From positions 1,234,539 through 1,298,538 of the forward strand of contig JAHQJS010000004.1 in NCBI GenBank assembly GCA_019057385.1: DNA of 64,000 bases. The letters run 5' to 3'. This DNA comes from Candidatus Borrarchaeum weybense. Its GTDB lineage: Archaea > Asgardarchaeota > Sifarchaeia > Borrarchaeales > Borrarchaeaceae. This document shows, piece by piece, positions 60,534 through 64,000 of the stretch; within the stretch, counting starts at the first letter, position 1, and each line of letters starts with the position of its first letter. The translations under genes and the position numbers were made by a program. Under the pieces are notes generated by a model. The model saw only the letters and a list, made by a program, of their open reading frames with translations, searched no databases and was not told the DNA's origin.

Positions 60534-61988
60534 TCATAACGTCTGAATACTAGTTATAATAAACTCAAGGATGGGCGCTGAGAAAATCCCTGTAACTATT
60601 ATCAAAATAGACGCTATTACCAAAACAAAAGTACAAGATATAGGCTCTTTTATCACGTTAAAATCTTTTGGTTCATCAATATACATTCGTTTAATGATCC
60701 ACGCATAGTATGCGAGGGAAAATGCTGTATTTAAGACACCAGCAATACCCAACCAAAGTAAACCTGCGTCTATAGCTGCAGTAAACAGAATTAATTTGCT
60801 GAAAAATCCGTTTGTTGGCGGTATTCCAGTTAATGCTACTAAGATGATAGTTAAAGTGAATGCAGTGATCGGCATATGCTTTGACAAGCCGTTATATGAT
60901 TCTAAATCTGCTGACTTCATTTTCAAAAGGACGGCTGTCGCTGCAACGAAAGCCGCACTAGTCATTATTGTATGATTCAAAATATGATATAGCACTCCTG
61001 CAATCCCTAGATAAGTTGAAGCTGCAAGACCAATGAGTATATATCCTGCATGAGCGATGCTGGAATATGCGAGCAATCGAGTAAATGTTTTTTGCATGAG
61101 AGCAGAAATGTTTCCATAGGTCATAGTGACTAATGCCAATATTGCGAACGCAAACCCCCAGTCTACTCTTAAAACTGTCATTCCGATGATGATAACCCTA
61201 ATTATGGCTGCGAAACCTGCTTTTTTGCTACCACCTGCTAAAAATCCGCTAACAGGGGTAGGCGCTCCTTCATATGTATCTGGAGCCCACATGTGGAAGG
61301 GAACAGCAGCTATTTTTATGCCAAACCCTGCAACAAACGAAATCAGTGAAAGTAAGGCAAATGGGTTTATCGAAGAGTCCATAGTGGAAAGATAATCTGC
61401 AATTAGACTAATTCGAGTCGTGCCTGTAATGCCGTAGATTAATGAGATTCCAAACAAAAGGATGGCAGAAGATATAGCTCCAAATATAAAATACTTCACT
61501 GCAGCCTCATTAGCGAGGGGATCATTTTTTCGAATGCATACGAGCACGTAGGTGGGTATTGACATTAATTCCCATGCAAGATAAAGCACCACAAGATCTA
61601 CTGAAAAAGCTACAAGAATCATACCGAGTGTAGACAAAGGCAACAAAGTGTAGTATATTTCTTGATTTGGATCGTCAGCCATATATCTGATAGATGCGAT
61701 CGATATGAAAATAGCTACCATTAAGAAGACAAAGATAAAGAAAAGAGAAAATAGATCGATCTTTAAGACATCTCCAATGAGAGTAGGTGTGTCAATGTAC
61801 TTGGGCATCTCGAATATCGTTATAGCTAAAGCAAATAAGAGATTAAATATACTCCAGCCTGCAGAAACTTCTCGTTTTAGTACCCTAATTCCAAGGCGGT
61901 TCATTGCAGGGGTCATAATGGAGAAGATCGCTAGTGTATATATCGGAAGAAATGGTTCTAATCCGAACGAAAGCAATTCAAGTTGCAT
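60534..61988 (-). CDS. nuoN: NADH/ferredoxin:quinone oxidoreductase subunit N
   Basis: EAAVKYF, KIAAVPFHMWAPDTYEGAP, RLLAYSSIAHAGY. Confidence 0.93.
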   Translation of the reverse strand: MQLELLSFGLEPFLPIYTLAIFSIMTPAMNRLGIRVLKREVSAGWSIFNLLFALAITIFEMPKYIDTPTLIGDVLKIDLFSLFFIFVFLMVAIFISIASIRYMADDPNQEIYYTLLPLSTLGMILVAFSVDLVVLYLAWELMSIPTYVLVCIRKNDPLANEAAVKYFIFGAISSAILLFGISLIYGITGTTRISLIADYLSTMDSSINPFALLSLISFVAGFGIKIAAVPFHMWAPDTYEGAPTPVSGFLAGGSKKAGFAAIIRVIIIGMTVLRVDWGFAFAILALVTMTYGNISALMQKTFTRLLAYSSIAHAGYILIGLAASTYLGIAGVLYHILNHTIMTSAAFVAATAVLLKMKSADLESYNGLSKHMPITAFTLTIILVALTGIPPTNGFFSKLILFTAAIDAGLLWLGIAGVLNTAFSLAYYAWIIKRMYIDEPKDFNVIKEPISCTFVLVIASILIIVTGIFSAPILEFIITSIQTL

Positions 61989-62008
61989 TTGAATTCCTCA
62001 TATATTCT

Positions 62009-63478
62009 CTAAATGTTTTCTAGAAGTTTTTGGCAAGATGGAACAATCGTTTGAAGCATAAGGGACGGAAATAATCCTAGTATGACTATCGGGATTACAA
62101 ATAGGGCTACAGAAATGAGTTCGATCAATTTCCCTTCGTGAGGTTCGTGATTTGCTATTTGCACTTGATTTTTTGGTCTCAGTACAATTCTGTCTATAGT
62201 CCAGACAAAATAGGCTGTAACGATTCCAGGCGCCAACACTACTATTGCAGTGAAAGAGAATGCGTTAATAGCCCCCATGAAAATCATAAATTCACTTACA
62301 AAGCTGCTGAGAAATGGAAAGCCCAGAGCAGCAAGAGCACCAAATACAAACAAAGCAGTTGTTCTTGGCATTGTATGCAGCATGTCGCTGAGTTTATCGA
62401 TCTCTCTGGTCCCAGCATTATGTTGTATTACCCCGGAAAGGAGAAAGAGAAGACCTACAGCACATGCATGATTAAACATTTGGAACACAGCGCCAGATAA
62501 TCCCAGAAGATTACCAGTAAATGCACCTAATAGCACAAACCCCATATGATTTATGGACGTAAGTGCAATCATCATCTTTAAATCACGTTGAACTAATGCA
62601 ACACCTGCGCCGTAAAAAATCGTCAATAGAGCCAAACCTATGAAGAAGTAAGCATATTCAAATGAAATCTCTGGGAACAGTGATAAATTAATTCGAATAA
62701 AGCCATATCCCCCCATTTTCAGCAATACACCTGCTAACAAAACACTGATTGGTGCAGGTGCTTCTACATGAGCATCTAACAGCCATGTGTGTAGGGGTAC
62801 GACAGGAAGTTTCACAGCGAAGCCAAAGAACGTGGTAATCATTATTATCAGTTGAAGTGGTTTTGCGATTTTGGTGTCCATGAGAATTAAAAAATCAAAA
62901 GTGTGCGGCGTTGCTGCCAGGAAGAGCAAAATGAATCCAATGAACATTAAAGAGCTTCCAGCATTAGTAAAAATTATAAACTTCATGGCGGCATATTTGC
63001 GGTTAGGTCCGCCCCATATCCCGATTAGGAGAAACATAGGTACAAGAACTAGCTCCCAGAATAAGAAAAACACGATTAAATTGAGAGAAACGAAAACACC
63101 GAGAAGTCCCATTTCAAGTATGAGGAGAAGTCCGTAGTATTGTGCTATCCTTGAAGAGATCATACTCCATGAGCCTAGTGCGGCAAGCATAGTTAGGAGG
63201 GTTGTTGCAAGTACTAATGGCAAACTAATGCCATCGACACCCACACTGTAATTTATGCCTACGGACGGTATCCATGTGATATTCTCTGAGAAGAGAAAGC
63301 CATCTCCAATAGGGTTGGCAGATATCCATAAATAGAGCGCGAGAACAAACAATACGATCGTAAATCCAATTCCAATACTCTTCCCAACTAATTCATCTTT
63401 CTTTCCAAAGCCATAAGTAAGAATTGCACCAATAAGTGCGATAATGAGCATCCATGAAATTATTCCTATTCCTAGCAT
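62009..63478 (-). CDS. nuoM: NADH/ferredoxin:quinone oxidoreductase subunit M
   Basis: GVDGIS, FWELVLVP, PLHTWLLDAHVEAP, LLKMGGYG. Confidence 0.94.
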   Translation of the reverse strand: MLGIGIISWMLIIALIGAILTYGFGKKDELVGKSIGIGFTIVLFVLALYLWISANPIGDGFLFSENITWIPSVGINYSVGVDGISLPLVLATTLLTMLAALGSWSMISSRIAQYYGLLLILEMGLLGVFVSLNLIVFFLFWELVLVPMFLLIGIWGGPNRKYAAMKFIIFTNAGSSLMFIGFILLFLAATPHTFDFLILMDTKIAKPLQLIIMITTFFGFAVKLPVVPLHTWLLDAHVEAPAPISVLLAGVLLKMGGYGFIRINLSLFPEISFEYAYFFIGLALLTIFYGAGVALVQRDLKMMIALTSINHMGFVLLGAFTGNLLGLSGAVFQMFNHACAVGLLFLLSGVIQHNAGTREIDKLSDMLHTMPRTTALFVFGALAALGFPFLSSFVSEFMIFMGAINAFSFTAIVVLAPGIVTAYFVWTIDRIVLRPKNQVQIANHEPHEGKLIELISVALFVIPIVILGLFPSLMLQTIVPSCQKLLENI

Positions 63479-64000
63479 CTATGGAAACCCTCCTAGGACA
63501 AATAATACAATAATAACAATCACAACAACTCCTGTGGTCAGAAGTGTTACATACTGTTCAATTATTCCTGTCTGGAGCTGTCCAAAAGCTTTAGAAAGTT
63601 TTTTGCCAGTTCCAGCAACTCCGTTGACGAATCCATCAACTATTCGTTGATCAATAAATTCGTTAGCTTTTGAGAGTGCTATTCCGAGCTTTGCAATAAA
63701 GTAACTCAAGGAGTTGAAGCCTCGTGTTTCGAGTCCTGTAGAACTGAAACGTGCACCGTCTATTGCCTTTTCCGCAAAAACATAATGAGATTTATCAATG
63801 ATTCCAAGTTCGAACTTATCTAGTAATGCCTTGAACATCCTTATTGTTCCGTAAACGAATACTTTGTAATAGAAGGCGTTGATATACCATCGATTTGTTA
63901 GGAACTTATGGAGACTTGCAATAATTGGATTTCTGGCTATAGTTATGGCAGAATACTTCTGTTTAATGTAGATGTAGTAACTGGGGATCAGTCCCAGAAA
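63479..64000 (-). CDS. nuoL: NuoL C-terminal part (runs off window), with extended lateral helix
   Basis: Frame open to the window edge; NRWYINAFY..IVDGFVNG..LQTG..Y + final TM. Confidence 0.88.
   Translation of the reverse strand, partial: FLGLIPSYYIYIKQKYSAITIARNPIIASLHKFLTNRWYINAFYYKVFVYGTIRMFKALLDKFELGIIDKSHYVFAEKAIDGARFSSTGLETRGFNSLSYFIAKLGIALSKANEFIDQRIVDGFVNGVAGTGKKLSKAFGQLQTGIIEQYVTLLTTGVVVIVIIVLFVLGGFP

Overview
AT-rich archaeal chromosomal segment, most likely from an Asgard archaeon. This inference rests on a longin-like gene, deoxyhypusine synthase, a TFS/RpoM paralogue, GGR/prenyl synthase, GGTGA-type ribosome-binding sites and frequent TTG starts. Contents in order: a trehalose/glycosyltransferase-MFS cluster (0.4-10 kb); tandem M28 peptidases and uvrC; an accessory zone (16-32 kb) with HTH/ARPP-1/MNT/HEPN, acr3-arsR, secreted phospholipase D and TSUP/DsrE; uvrA; AKR/flavodoxin; the methanogen-type homocysteine trio; lplA and dys; a 7-gene prenyl/redox operon facing a Cys-tailed Lrp regulator; and the 3' end of a complex I operon (nuoL partial, nuoM, nuoN). 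Four RNA-guided (OMEGA-type) mobile elements can be delimited by hand. Two are transposase-less tnpB elements, each bounded by an exact 8-bp direct repeat and each splitting a host gene whose frame is restored by removing the insert. One is a protein-less IscB omegaRNA/HEARO-like element inserted at the ATGA stop/start overlap of an MNT-HEPN pair. One is a protein-less IS605-type MITE carrying a TnpB guide scaffold. Other highlights: a NuoL lateral helix extended by about two 26-27-aa repeats (suggesting extra proton-pumping modules), a candidate Cys-x-Gly-Thr C-terminal anchoring signal on two secreted proteins, and an unannotated ~100-nt structured RNA. No rRNA, tRNA or CRISPR array was seen. 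All family calls come from motif recognition by eye, not database searches.
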